This document shows positions 18,412-28,629 of a DNA stretch of 64,000 bases, piece after piece. The stretch spans positions 1,216,001 through 1,280,000 of the forward strand of contig CBDDCX010000008.1 of the NCBI GenBank assembly GCA_965226375.1. The letters are read 5' to 3'. The stretch comes from Longimicrobiales bacterium. GTDB taxonomy: Bacteria; Gemmatimonadota; Gemmatimonadetes; Longimicrobiales; Gaopeijiaceae. The notes under the pieces are model-generated. The model was given only the letters and a program-made list of their open reading frames with translations, was not told the DNA's origin and made no database searches. Position numbers and translations under genes: made by a program. Every line of letters starts with the position of its first letter. The first letter of the stretch is position 1.

Positions 18412-20085
18412 TCACTGAGTTTCTGTATTGCCCCGAAGTAGACTCTGCGGAGAAACTCCGACGCCGAGCTGCGTGCTCACGACCAAGTATGTTACACCGA
18501 AGACCAACGCAGTCCCCAAAGCGAGGGCCGGCTGGAGGAGCCATGGGGCGGAGTCGGTCATCAGTCGGGTCAGGAGTCCATCGCGGTGGGGTACCGTGGA
18601 CCCCAGGATCCACTTGGCTGCGACGCCCGCTGCCGCCGCAACGGCGCCTGAAATGAGCAGACGGGACCGGACGCCCGATCCGGGTCCATGGTCACCCAGA
18701 GCCCGACTCAGTCGGCTGCGAAGCAGGGCGTACTCCAGCCAGGCGGCCGCAGAGGCGCCTATGGCCAAGCCGACAGCGCCAAAACGGAGCCCCCCCGAGG
18801 CGAAGCGATCGAACGGGAACATCAGTGAAACGCCGATCGCCAACGACACGGCTACCCTCAGATAGGCTATCCGAGCGGGCGTGCGGGTATCGCGCAGCGC
18901 GTAGAAAGCGGTGGAGAGAACCCGAGAGCCCGATGAGGCCAACAGGCCCAGAGAATACGCTGCCAGCACGGCGTAGACCACGGGCGTATCGCCGGCGAGA
19001 AAGCTCCCGCGCTGGTAGATGCCACCGATGAAGAGATCACCCAACACAATGAACGCGAGGGTCGAAGGAATCAGCAGGAAGTGAATGCGCTCGAGGGCCT
19101 TGGAGACTTGAGCCGCCAACTCCTCGGGCGGCCGTGCTCGTTGCCGGGAGAGCTCCGGCAACTCCGACGCCGCGATCGACATGCCGAACAGGGAGATCGG
19201 CAGCAGGTAGAGCGTCTGGGCGTACCCTACGGCGGCCACGGCTCCCTCGACGAGCAGGGCTGCGAGGAACACATCGAGTAGGCTCCCGATGTTCACCACG
19301 CCACGAGCCGCCACCACCGGGACGAAGTTACGGATGGCCTCTGTTACACCCGATGCCGTTCGGTTCAGGGAGAGACGGAACTGAGACAAGAGGGGGACGA
19401 CGAATGGGAGCTGCACCGCCAACTGGAGCACGCCGCCGGCGAAGGCACCCCACGCAACGGCCTCCAGAAGGGTGGCGCCCCTCCAGCCCATTCCAAAGCC
19501 CAACGCCACCATGGTGAGGAGTATGGCCCCATTCCAGGCCATCGGCGCCGCGTAGGAGACGAAGAAGCGGCGGTGGCTGTTGAGAATGGCCAATGCCCAT
19601 GCAGAAATCACGAGCACAGCCGTCATGGGGAAGAGGATCTGAACCACGACGGTGGTCAGGGCGAGTTTTTCGGGATCCCAGCGAAAAAACACAACGGGTA
19701 CCAAGACCGGCGCCAGAAGGATTCCAAGCAAGGCCGCTGTGCCCGCCACCACCATCAATATGCCGAGTACCGCCCCGGCAAAACGCCCTGCCTCCTCTTC
19801 CCTACCCTGTTCGAGGAATTCCGCGTAGACCGGGATGACCGAGGCGCTGAGGGTGCCTTCTCCCAGCAGGTTCTGGATGACGTTGGGCGCCTTCAGGGAA
19901 ACGCGCCAGACATCTGCGAGACCCGTGTTCCCGAAGAAGTAAGCGAAGATAATTTCGCGAACAAAACCGCTGATCCGACTGAAAAAAATACCCGTACCGA
20001 CCATGAAGGCGGCACGGGGACGTCGGCCCACTATGGGATCGGGGCTACGCGTCTGGGTCACCGGAGGTGAGCGCCTCTGGGTCAC
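18412..20085 (-). CDS. murJ: Lipid II flippase MurJ (true start may be ~20004-20030)
   Basis: SRISGFVRE, PNVIQNLLGEG, LPISLFG, FYALRDTRTP, many TM helices. Confidence 0.95.
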   Translation of the reverse strand: MTQRRSPPVTQTRSPDPIVGRRPRAAFMVGTGIFFSRISGFVREIIFAYFFGNTGLADVWRVSLKAPNVIQNLLGEGTLSASVIPVYAEFLEQGREEEAGRFAGAVLGILMVVAGTAALLGILLAPVLVPVVFFRWDPEKLALTTVVVQILFPMTAVLVISAWALAILNSHRRFFVSYAAPMAWNGAILLTMVALGFGMGWRGATLLEAVAWGAFAGGVLQLAVQLPFVVPLLSQFRLSLNRTASGVTEAIRNFVPVVAARGVVNIGSLLDVFLAALLVEGAVAAVGYAQTLYLLPISLFGMSIAASELPELSRQRARPPEELAAQVSKALERIHFLLIPSTLAFIVLGDLFIGGIYQRGSFLAGDTPVVYAVLAAYSLGLLASSGSRVLSTAFYALRDTRTPARIAYLRVAVSLAIGVSLMFPFDRFASGGLRFGAVGLAIGASAAAWLEYALLRSRLSRALGDHGPGSGVRSRLLISGAVAAAAGVAAKWILGSTVPHRDGLLTRLMTDSAPWLLQPALALGTALVFGVTYLVVSTQLGVGVSPQSLLRGNTETQ

Positions 20086-20347
20086 CGGGCGGACGCGCTT
20101 CGGAAGCCGGTCGGTCCGTAAGCAGCTTGTTCAGGAACTGGCTCTCCTCCTCGAGGCGCCGCACCTCGGACGTCAACCGCTCGAACTCCCCTTCCAGATA
20201 AGACAGCCGTTCCCCCGTCACCTCATCGGTCCCGGATCCGAGGGTTCGTCGCTCGAGGCGTCCCGCAAGCGCCCGCCCCACCGGTGAGTCCAGTACGATG
20301 GCTAGGATCGGAATGAGCAGGACAAGAATAAAAATGAGTTGAAACAT
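20045..20347 (-). CDS. Small membrane-anchored coiled-coil hypothetical protein
   Basis: N-terminal TM helix, SPVGRALA, heptad-rich C-terminal part. Lies in the operon between bshC and murJ. Confidence 0.7.
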   Translation of the reverse strand: MFQLIFILVLLIPILAIVLDSPVGRALAGRLERRTLGSGTDEVTGERLSYLEGEFERLTSEVRRLEEESQFLNKLLTDRPASEARPPGDPEALTSGDPDA

Positions 20348-20358
20348 GATCCTTGAAG

Positions 20359-21984
20359 CTACTCCGTCCCATCGGTCAAATCCACCTCGAATCCATCTAC
20401 CAGCGCCTCGATGAACCGGTTCCCGTACCGCGCCAAGTAGTACAGTGGATTGAGGACCCTCTCCTGCGGCTTGCCGTCCGGGAAGAGGTGAAGGTGCGCC
20501 TTTTCCAGTTGCGCGAGGCCGATCTCGTTCTCCCGCTTCACACTCTGCACGATCTTACGCTCAACGTCCTGAAAGGCGGAAAGCGCCGCGTTCCGAGCAT
20601 GGGTCACCGGTCCCTTGAGTGTGGAGTCGATGCTCCGTGCCGCTTTCATGAGTTCTTCCGAGCCCTCCGAGACAGATCCTCTGAGCCGACCCAGAGCGCG
20701 CCGTACGTCCGCAGGTACCTCCTCACGCGCTATCTCGGAGGCGATTTCATGGTAGGGACGCCTGAGATCGTCAGGCTCCAGGTCGAACTTGTCGATGACC
20801 TTGCGGATCTTCGACTCGACGACGGTCACGGCATGTCGTGGAAAGAGCACCGGCATCCGCAGACCGTGCGCTTCGTACAGACGCTTCAACTGTCCGTAAT
20901 ACGCCAACTCTCCCGGCCCGGCCACGTAACTGGCTACCGGAAACACCGTGCTCTCTACAAGAGGGCGGAACAACACATTGGGACTCAAGGCCAAAGGATC
21001 TTCTTGGACCCGAGAGCGGATCTCATCTACGGTCACAGTCTCACCCGAACGATGGAGCTCGAAGCCGTCGGGATGCCTGTACAACCGCTCGCGACCTTCA
21101 GGCCCCTCCAGGAACAAATTCACGCCGCCTTCTAGAATCGGCGCCTGCACTCGATACCCGGCTTTCTCGAGCCTCTCGGCATCCTCGCGCAGAATGCGCT
21201 CGTGTGCCTCGGCGTTGTTCAGCTCGGTAAAGAGCACGTCTCGAGAAGCAGCCTTGAGAGCGGGGTTCGCCGCGTCCGTGAAGAGGACACCCAGAGGTTC
21301 AAAGAAGGCCGCGAGGACGGTGCGAAACCCGTCGGCGAGCGTCGCCTCCGGCGTGTAGGCGTCTCGAATCAACTGGACATACGTTTCCCTAAACTCCGAA
21401 TTGGGAAGGAGTTGCGACACTTCCGCAACCAGTCTGTCGACCTCGGCTCCGAGCGGGACTCGGTGGATGGCACGATTGTCAGATCCGGGGTTCGGCGCCT
21501 GTACATGTGTGAGATGATTGGAGGAGTCGATCAGGTAGGTGTGGTCGGACTCCTCCCAGTCGTGATCCTCGGACGCGATCCAGAACACCGGCAGAACGGG
21601 TCTGTCGAGGATCTCTTCGAGCCGCTTGGCCAGCCGAACGGTGGTGAGCCCCTTATACAGAGAATACAGGGGTCCGCCCAGCAGTCCTGGCTGTTGCCCC
21701 GTAGTGACCACCAAACCCGACCCCTCCACCCAGCGGTCCAGCCGGTCCTGCCCTACCCCACACCGGGTATCCATCGCTTCCAACGCTCGGCAACGCGCCT
21801 CTTGGTCGAAACGCCGATCGATGCTTTCGAGCATCGCCCGGTACGAGGCGGAGTCCTGCCAGGAACCGTTGAAGTACTCCGAGACGGAGGGGTCGCCCTG
21901 GACATATGCATTCACGAAGGGAGAACCGGCGGGCCTCCCTATCAGTAGCTCGAGGTTCAGCCTACCCTCCTCATCCGGATCCAC
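20359..21984 (-). CDS. bshC: Bacillithiol biosynthesis protein BshC
   Basis: VVTTGQQPGLLGGPLYSLYK, PVFWIASEDHDWEE, SPNVLFRP, GPGELAYY, PQERVLN. Confidence 0.95.
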   Translation of the reverse strand: MDPDEEGRLNLELLIGRPAGSPFVNAYVQGDPSVSEYFNGSWQDSASYRAMLESIDRRFDQEARCRALEAMDTRCGVGQDRLDRWVEGSGLVVTTGQQPGLLGGPLYSLYKGLTTVRLAKRLEEILDRPVLPVFWIASEDHDWEESDHTYLIDSSNHLTHVQAPNPGSDNRAIHRVPLGAEVDRLVAEVSQLLPNSEFRETYVQLIRDAYTPEATLADGFRTVLAAFFEPLGVLFTDAANPALKAASRDVLFTELNNAEAHERILREDAERLEKAGYRVQAPILEGGVNLFLEGPEGRERLYRHPDGFELHRSGETVTVDEIRSRVQEDPLALSPNVLFRPLVESTVFPVASYVAGPGELAYYGQLKRLYEAHGLRMPVLFPRHAVTVVESKIRKVIDKFDLEPDDLRRPYHEIASEIAREEVPADVRRALGRLRGSVSEGSEELMKAARSIDSTLKGPVTHARNAALSAFQDVERKIVQSVKRENEIGLAQLEKAHLHLFPDGKPQERVLNPLYYLARYGNRFIEALVDGFEVDLTDGTE

Positions 21985-22012
21985 CCATCACCCACCAACA
22001 TGCTCAACACGA

Positions 22013-22492
22013 TCACCTGCCCCCTTTGTGATACGGCTCGTTTCTCACGATGGTCCCGGCCCGGTAGAGCTGTTCGGCCAACACTAGCCGTGCAAGCTCA
22101 TGCGGAAGAGTGCCCGCCGAAAGGGCCAACGTGCGATTCGCCCGTTTCATTACCCCCGCACCGAGGCCGAACGCGCCCCCCACGACGAAGGTCACGTCGG
22201 GAACCGACCGTAACGCCAGACTCTCGAGATAACGCGCGAGCTCGCTCGAGGTCATTGCCGTTCCGGCCCGACTCAGGGCAATGACCTCCGCCCAGTCCGG
22301 CAACTTCTTCAGGATCGACCCTTCCTCCGTCCTGACGACCCGCCCCGCATCTCCCTTGCCCTTCCCTGACGTGCCGGAGGGAAGTTCGATCACGCGCAAC
22401 TTCCAGTACCGCTTGGCCCGAGTCTCGTACTCCTCGATGGCGGATCTCAGTGTGGACCCGGCACGTCCGACGACGACGACCGTGATGGTCAT
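22013..22492 (-). CDS. rlmH: 23S rRNA pseudouridine(1915)-N3 methyltransferase
   Basis: FVVGGAFG, TLPHELARLVLAEQLYRA, PYHK. ATGA overlap with lpxK. Confidence 0.95.
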   Translation of the reverse strand: MTITVVVVGRAGSTLRSAIEEYETRAKRYWKLRVIELPSGTSGKGKGDAGRVVRTEEGSILKKLPDWAEVIALSRAGTAMTSSELARYLESLALRSVPDVTFVVGGAFGLGAGVMKRANRTLALSAGTLPHELARLVLAEQLYRAGTIVRNEPYHKGGR

Positions 22493-23487
22493 TCGAGCAC
22501 ATCCTCGATCAGGACCATGACGTCGTCGAGGCCACATTCCCACGTCAAACGCGAACGAAACACGTACGTCTTGGGCAGCACGCCAGAAAAATCCCTCAGT
22601 TTCACCGCGTCCTTTTCGGTGATCACAATAGCACGCCCACGCGACTCCTTCGCGATCCGCCGTAGGTCGGTCTGGCGGAACTCGTGGTGATCGGGAAAGG
22701 CCAGACTCCCCACTGTACTCGATGTATGCGCCTCTATCATCTCCCGGAAGAACTCGGGCTCGGCCACGCTGGTCACGGCAAGGAGCCCGTCGTCCTGCGG
22801 AGGTGGCAGGGGTGCACCTCCGAGATCGGCCCATCCCGCAGCCTCGAACACGACGTGCGCACGAACACCTTCCAAGGCCACCTCCTCTGCGACGCGGTCG
22901 GCCTCGGCACGGCTCGCCACCTTGCGGGTGACGACCACGACGTCAGCTCTCTCGAGCGATGTAAACCCCTCCCGAAGCCGCCCCCTGGGCAAAAGGGCCC
23001 GCCGCGTGCCGTGCTCGGCCGACACCAGCACGATGTCCACGTGCCTTGCGATGGCACGATGCTGGAACGCATCGTCGAGTACGGCCACGTCGGCTCCCCG
23101 CTCGGCGGCCAGCGCGACACCCCTGACCCGCTCCGGGTCCACGACGAGGATGGCGCTCGGATTCCATGCGCGGTGCAGCTCCACCTCGTCCGACCCATAA
23201 CCCCGGGTCACGAGAGCCGGGCGGTGACCCATATCTTGGAGGTGGGAAACCAACCAGCCCGCCAAGGGGGTCTTGCCCGTTCCTCCCACGGCCAGGTTGC
23301 CTACGGAGATGACCGGAATCGGTGGTTCGGAAATCGGCAACACTCCAAGGTCGTACGCGCGGTTCCGCATACGGACTGCGGCGCTGTAGAGCAGCTCCAA
23401 GGGGAAGAGCACGGCGCTCGCAATCACGCCCGAAGCACCCGCCTCCCCACTCCACAACCGCCTCAACCAAGCCCGCATGGTGCTCAT
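22489..23487 (-). CDS. lpxK: Tetraacyldisaccharide 4'-kinase
   Basis: PVISVGNLAVGGTGKTP, RGYG, LDDAFQH, LLPRGRLRE, FPDHH, TEKDAVK. Confidence 0.96.
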   Translation of the reverse strand: MSTMRAWLRRLWSGEAGASGVIASAVLFPLELLYSAAVRMRNRAYDLGVLPISEPPIPVISVGNLAVGGTGKTPLAGWLVSHLQDMGHRPALVTRGYGSDEVELHRAWNPSAILVVDPERVRGVALAAERGADVAVLDDAFQHRAIARHVDIVLVSAEHGTRRALLPRGRLREGFTSLERADVVVVTRKVASRAEADRVAEEVALEGVRAHVVFEAAGWADLGGAPLPPPQDDGLLAVTSVAEPEFFREMIEAHTSSTVGSLAFPDHHEFRQTDLRRIAKESRGRAIVITEKDAVKLRDFSGVLPKTYVFRSRLTWECGLDDVMVLIEDVLE

Positions 23488-24143
23488 GAGGGGACCTGGT
23501 CACCGACCCGCACCGACAGATCCATCAGGGACTGAGTCAGCGTTTGCGCTGCCCTGTCGATTTCTTCTTGATCGGCATCCCTCCGAACGAAGCATGGCGG
23601 TCCGTAGGCGACGCGAATGGTCGAGAAGGGTCTAGGCACCAGAAACCGATCCCAGCTGGCGGCCAGCCAGCCCGCATCAGCCCCTACACCGATGGGAATG
23701 AGCGGGAGGCCCGTCATGCGAGCCACTGCGAGAACCCCGGGCTTCAGTTCCCGGTCGGGGCCTCGTGGGCCATCGGGTGCCACCGCAAGGTCATGGCCGT
23801 TCCGCGCCGCCCGAATGAGCCCCCTCAGGCCACGCATCCCTCCGCGAGTGCTCGACCCCCTCACCGTGCCGAAGCCGAAACGTTCGAGAATGCGCGATAT
23901 GTATTCCCCATCCCCGTGTTCGCTCACGAGTACTACGGTTTGCTGCCTTCGGTGTACGTGGATCAACGGAAGAAGACGCCCGTGCCAGAAGACGAAGATG
24001 ACCGGAGTTCCGGAATCCCGGAACGAAGAGAGGTGTTCCTCTCCCATGGTTTGCACACGCACAGTCAGGAAGAGGGACCCGACCAGGCCCTGTCCTAGTA
24101 CTCCGGCGGCGGAGTACCGCAGTCCCGATATGTGCCTCTTCAC
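23484..24143 (-). CDS. DUF374 lysophospholipid-acyltransferase-like protein
   Basis: FWHGR, SEHGDGE, RGSSTRGG, PDGPRGP, SWDRFLVPRPF. Confidence 0.9.
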   Translation of the reverse strand: MKRHISGLRYSAAGVLGQGLVGSLFLTVRVQTMGEEHLSSFRDSGTPVIFVFWHGRLLPLIHVHRRQQTVVLVSEHGDGEYISRILERFGFGTVRGSSTRGGMRGLRGLIRAARNGHDLAVAPDGPRGPDRELKPGVLAVARMTGLPLIPIGVGADAGWLAASWDRFLVPRPFSTIRVAYGPPCFVRRDADQEEIDRAAQTLTQSLMDLSVRVGDQVPS

Positions 24144-25369
24144 GTGTCCGCCAATATCTCGACCGCCAACTCGGCTACCCGTCCGGAGGCGCCGGGCTCA
24201 CCGAGCGCGCCACGCACTCGTTCGAGTCCCCGCACCATATGCTCCCGTGCGGTGGAGTCGAGATCGAGGAGCGGCCGGAGCAATGAGGCGAGGTGGTCGG
24301 CCGTGGCCGAGCCCTGGAGCACCTCCGGCACCACGTCCTCTCCCGCCACCAGGTTGGCGAGCGCCACCCGGTCGACCCGGACCAAACGACGGGCAAGCAT
24401 ATACGTGATCGGGTGCGTCCGATACACGGTGACGAACGGCGTGCGCTGCAGTGTCGCTTCCAGAGTAGTCGTGCCCGACTTGACCAGGGCCGCCCTGGCG
24501 TGGGCAAGGAGGCTGTGAGCGTCGTCCACAAAAGGCAGACCGGACTCCTGGAACACCGATGCGGGAATCGGCGACGCCTTGGCCCAAACCAATTGGAGAC
24601 CGGGCCCGGTCTCCTGCAAACGACGACCGGTCTCGAGAAAGAGCTCCCGGTGTCTGGTGAGCTCCTGGGGTCGGGATCCGGGAAACAGGGCCAGGATCGG
24701 CCGCTCGGGATCGAGACTCCAGCGGCGACAGAATTGAAGAGCGTCGGGCTCGGGCACCTCCTGCTCCAACAAAGGGTGACCGACGAACGTGACGTGAGCA
24801 CCCGCCTTCTGGAAGACGTCGACCTCGAACGGCAGTATCACGGCCAGGCGATCACAGTCCTCGGCCAGACGTCGGGCCCGACCGGGCTTCCAGGCCCACA
24901 CCTGCGGCGCGATGTAGTACAGCACCCGAATGTCCCGGCGCCGCGCCGCCCTCGCAATTCGGAGGTTGAAGCCGGGATAGTCGATGGGAAGAACCAGATC
25001 GATGTCGCCGCGATCGAGCAGGGCCAAGACACGACGTTCCAGGCGGTAGAAGAACGGTAGGTGTGTAAGTACTTCGGCAAAACCCATCACCGCGAGTCGA
25101 TCGAGCCCGACCAGGAGTTCCACACCCTCGGCCCGCATGGCCTCGCCTCCCAGACCCAGGAGGCGACATCCGGGCCATCGTGCCCTCAGGGCTCGAGCGA
25201 CACCTGCACCGTGCTGGTCCCCAGAAGCCTCCCCGGCAAGCATGAGGATCGTGGGCGTTTGGTCAGGGTGCCTCAGAATCCGACACCCAGATACCAGATC
25301 ACTATGAGAAGGATCATCAGGAGGAAGACGAGCTGTTTCGGCGGCAGCCCCTTCTTCTCGTCGATCCAA
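24140..25369 (-). CDS. lpxB: Lipid-A-disaccharide synthase
   Basis: AGEASGD, IDYPGFN, PQVWAW, ILPFE, FVGHP, PGSR, SGTTTLE. Confidence 0.96.
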   Translation of the reverse strand: MDRREEGAAAETARLPPDDPSHSDLVSGCRILRHPDQTPTILMLAGEASGDQHGAGVARALRARWPGCRLLGLGGEAMRAEGVELLVGLDRLAVMGFAEVLTHLPFFYRLERRVLALLDRGDIDLVLPIDYPGFNLRIARAARRRDIRVLYYIAPQVWAWKPGRARRLAEDCDRLAVILPFEVDVFQKAGAHVTFVGHPLLEQEVPEPDALQFCRRWSLDPERPILALFPGSRPQELTRHRELFLETGRRLQETGPGLQLVWAKASPIPASVFQESGLPFVDDAHSLLAHARAALVKSGTTTLEATLQRTPFVTVYRTHPITYMLARRLVRVDRVALANLVAGEDVVPEVLQGSATADHLASLLRPLLDLDSTAREHMVRGLERVRGALGEPGASGRVAELAVEILADT

Positions 25370-25381
25370 TTCTTCTTCCGG

Positions 25382-26410
25382 TCACGCCTTACGCGTATCA
25401 GTGACATGGGTCTCGATGCGCTCCTCGATCAATAGGGATATCGCCAGGGCAGAGCGTCCTTCTTCACCGTTCACCGCAGGTACCCCAAGCCCCGCGATAG
25501 CGTCGCGGAAGTTTTCCAGTTCCTTGGCCAACGGCTCCGCACCGTCGCCCTGAAGCGGAATCCGCTCCACGATATTGGCGAGCCCACCCTCGGGCGGTAT
25601 CTCCATGTCCCCCTCGGAGAACAGTGGCAAATCCTGCTTGAGCTTGAGGAACTCACCGGTCCCCTCGGCGAGGTTGAGGCTGAGGTACCCCGACTTCTGG
25701 AAGATGCGAAGCTTCCGCATCCGCTCTGTCGATACCCGACTAGCCGTGAGATTCGCCACGACACCACCCTCGAATCCAAGGCGGGCGTTCGCAATGTCGA
25801 CATTGGGAGTCAGTACCGGAATCCCGGTGGCCGCGACGTCCACGATGGGCCTCCCCACCAGACTCTGCACCAGATCGACGTCATGGATCATCAGATCCAG
25901 GACGACCGCCACATCGATGCTCCTCGGAACGAAGGGAGCGAGCCTGTGCGATTCGATGAAAAGAGGTGCTTGAAGAAAGGGTTCCGCGGCCCTGATGGCC
26001 GCATTGAATCGCTCGACGTGCCCGACCTGGACCACCGCGCCACTCGACTCGGCCGCTTCCAGTATTCGGTCGGCCGCTTCGAGAGATGGAGCCATGGGCT
26101 TCTCCACCAGCACGCCCACACCTCTCTCCAACGCCGCAACAGCCACAGCCTCATGCTCCACGGTGGGCACTGCCACCACGATCCCGTCCGCACCGTCGAG
26201 AAGTGAGTCCAAGCCGGTGTGGACCTCCACGTCCAGCTCCCGGCCTACCTCTTGGGCCCGATCCGAATCCACATCGCAGACACCCGCCATGCGGACACCG
26301 TCGAGCGAGGCGAGAATTCGGGCATGGTGATAGCCTAGGCTCCCTACGCCTGCGACACCGATAGCGGGAGTCTCTGAAGACGACCCGCTAGGTCGTGATG
26401 CCACGCTCAC
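25382..26410 (-). CDS. Gfo/Idh/MocA oxidoreductase, GnnA-like (UDP-GlcNAc 3-dehydrogenase)
   Basis: GVGSLGYHHAR, LVEKP, VGHVERFN, DLMIHD, TASRVS. Positioned between lpxA and lpxB. Confidence 0.85.
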   Translation of the reverse strand: MSVASRPSGSSSETPAIGVAGVGSLGYHHARILASLDGVRMAGVCDVDSDRAQEVGRELDVEVHTGLDSLLDGADGIVVAVPTVEHEAVAVAALERGVGVLVEKPMAPSLEAADRILEAAESSGAVVQVGHVERFNAAIRAAEPFLQAPLFIESHRLAPFVPRSIDVAVVLDLMIHDVDLVQSLVGRPIVDVAATGIPVLTPNVDIANARLGFEGGVVANLTASRVSTERMRKLRIFQKSGYLSLNLAEGTGEFLKLKQDLPLFSEGDMEIPPEGGLANIVERIPLQGDGAEPLAKELENFRDAIAGLGVPAVNGEEGRSALAISLLIEERIETHVTDTRKA

Positions 26411-27203
26411 TGTCCCGGATGAAGGTCAGGAGGTGCCGTACCTCAGGGATCTGCGGTACCTCCTCCTCGGCCTTGGCCAGCGCGTTGGTCAGGGTGAGTT
26501 TGGATTGGAAGAGGGTTCGGTACGCCTGCTTGAGGGCCCGTTTCACGTCCTCGGACACCCCCCGCCGTTCCAGACCGACCGTGTTCAGACCGTAGAGCTT
26601 GGCCGGGTTTCCGGCGACTCGGAGGTAAGGCGGAATATCCTGTGGAATGCGGGATCCGCCGCCGCAGAACGAGTGAGCGCCGATACGTACGAACTGATGG
26701 ATGGCCGTGACGCCGCCTATGATGACCCAGTCCTCGATGGTCACATGACCCGCCATGTTCACGGCGTTCGACAGGATGACGTGATTGCCGATCTCACAAT
26801 CGTGAGCGACGTGGGCATATGCCATGATCAAGCAGTCACTTCCGACTACCGTCTTGCGGGACGCGCGTGTACCTCGGTTGAGGGTCGCGTACTCGCGGAT
26901 CACGGTTCGGTCCCCGACGTATAGGTGAGACGCCTCACCCTCGTATTTCAGATCCTGCGGGTCCGTACCCAGCACCGCGCCCTGTGCGATCTGGCACTGT
27001 TCCCCGACGGTCGTGTCGCGCTCCACGAGTACATGACTGCCAATGATCGTCCCACTCCCTACCGAGACCCCGGGTCCGATGATGGAGTACGGTCCCACCA
27101 CCACATCCGGCCCAAAGCGCGCTCCAGCATCGACGATCGCCGTCGGGTGAACATCGACATCCATCCCGTCACCACCCCCATCACCCCAAGATGTATCACT
27201 CAT
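26388..27203 (-). CDS. lpxA: UDP-N-acetylglucosamine acyltransferase
   Basis: Hexapeptide repeats, PQDLKY, IREYAT, HVAHDC, HQF, GLNTVGLERRG. Confidence 0.96.
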   Translation of the reverse strand: MSDTSWGDGGGDGMDVDVHPTAIVDAGARFGPDVVVGPYSIIGPGVSVGSGTIIGSHVLVERDTTVGEQCQIAQGAVLGTDPQDLKYEGEASHLYVGDRTVIREYATLNRGTRASRKTVVGSDCLIMAYAHVAHDCEIGNHVILSNAVNMAGHVTIEDWVIIGGVTAIHQFVRIGAHSFCGGGSRIPQDIPPYLRVAGNPAKLYGLNTVGLERRGVSEDVKRALKQAYRTLFQSKLTLTNALAKAEEEVPQIPEVRHLLTFIRDSERGITT

Positions 27204-28483
27204 CGATCCATTATCCTCGCCATTAAGTCCGCCTCCGCCACCACCTTACCGTCTACCCGCCCCACCCCTCGGATCTTACACACATTCCTCCGGAACTGAA
27301 CCATCTTGACCTCGAAGACCAACTGATCCCCGGGAATCACGGGCTTTCTCCACTTCACGTTATTCAGAGACATGAAGTAGACGATCTTATCCTCGGGGTC
27401 GGCTACCGTGTCCATCAACAGAAGCCCCCCCACCTGCGCCATCGCTTCGATGATCAGCACCCCCGGCATGATGGGATGCCCGGGAAAATGCCCCTGAAAG
27501 AACGGCTCGTTGATCGTCACGTTCTTGATTCCGACGATCCTCTTACCCGACTCGAATTCCAGAACCCGATCCACGAGAAGGAACGGATACCGGTGGGGCA
27601 AATACTCCATGATGCGTTGGACTTCCACGGGGTATTCAGACCCTCCCTTGCGCGCATGATCCTTCAACGCCTTGGCCAAGGCTATGTTCCCCTCGTGGCT
27701 GGGCCTTTCCGAAACGATGTGCCCACGCACCCGCCCACCGATGAGGGCCAGATCGCCGATCAGGTCGCCCACCTTATGGCGAAGGAACTCGTCCTCGAAC
27801 CTGAGGCTGTCATTCATGACGCCGTCCTCGTTCAGGACGACCGTGTTCTCGAGTGAAGCGCCCTGGGCGAGCCCCCGGGCTTTCAACTCCTCGGCATCAC
27901 TATGGAAACCAAAGGTACGTGCGGAGGCAATTTCGCTGCGAAACGCTTCTTGCGTAACGTCGAACGTGCCGAATTGGCGACCGATGGCCTCGTGCTCGAA
28001 GTCGATGGTAGCAGAGATGCGTAGGTCTTCGGCGGGCGTCGCGACGTACGACGCGCCCGTATCGAGTCCCACGGTCAAAGGCTTCTTCACGGTGACAAGC
28101 TGAGAAGGCTCTTCGAGATCGACGGCGCCGACCTCCAAGATGGCGTCCAGGTAGTGCTGAAAGCTGCCATCGAGGATCGGGGGCTCCGGACCGCTGAGCT
28201 CCAGAACGGCATTGTCGATACACGCCGCGGCAAGGGCGGCCATGACGTGCTCTACCGTCAGGACTGTAGCGTCACCATTCCCGAGGCTCGTTCCCAGGTC
28301 CGTTCCCACGACGTGGTCCAGATCCGCGGGCACGTCGGGGCGCCCCTCCAGGTCGACGCGCCGAAAGCGGATTCCGCCGTCCGCCGCCGGCTTCATGACC
28401 AGCGTCGCGGGCTCCCCGGAATGCACGCCGATACCCTCGAGGGTTCGCTCGCCACCTAGTGTGCGCTGTTTGGGACAGTCCAT
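27200..28483 (-). CDS. lpxC/fabZ: Bifunctional LpxC-FabZ
   Basis: LpxC motifs GIGVHSG, TVEH, EPPILDGS, ARTFG, RHKVGDLIGD. FabZ motifs LPHRYPFLLVD, FFQGHFP, PGVLIIEAMAQ. Confidence 0.96.
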   Translation of the reverse strand: MDCPKQRTLGGERTLEGIGVHSGEPATLVMKPAADGGIRFRRVDLEGRPDVPADLDHVVGTDLGTSLGNGDATVLTVEHVMAALAAACIDNAVLELSGPEPPILDGSFQHYLDAILEVGAVDLEEPSQLVTVKKPLTVGLDTGASYVATPAEDLRISATIDFEHEAIGRQFGTFDVTQEAFRSEIASARTFGFHSDAEELKARGLAQGASLENTVVLNEDGVMNDSLRFEDEFLRHKVGDLIGDLALIGGRVRGHIVSERPSHEGNIALAKALKDHARKGGSEYPVEVQRIMEYLPHRYPFLLVDRVLEFESGKRIVGIKNVTINEPFFQGHFPGHPIMPGVLIIEAMAQVGGLLLMDTVADPEDKIVYFMSLNNVKWRKPVIPGDQLVFEVKMVQFRRNVCKIRGVGRVDGKVVAEADLMARIMDR

Positions 28484-28629
28484 GCCGGGCCTCTGTTACC
28501 GGGCCGCAACGTGCTCGCAGCCCCGTCGAAGTCGATCCCCTCGGGCTAGCCGCAGCCGTTCCGGGGCGTCGCAAGTAGAGCAATGAAATATAACGAGTTT
28601 GAAGGAGCCATTCTATTCCGGGGATCGTT

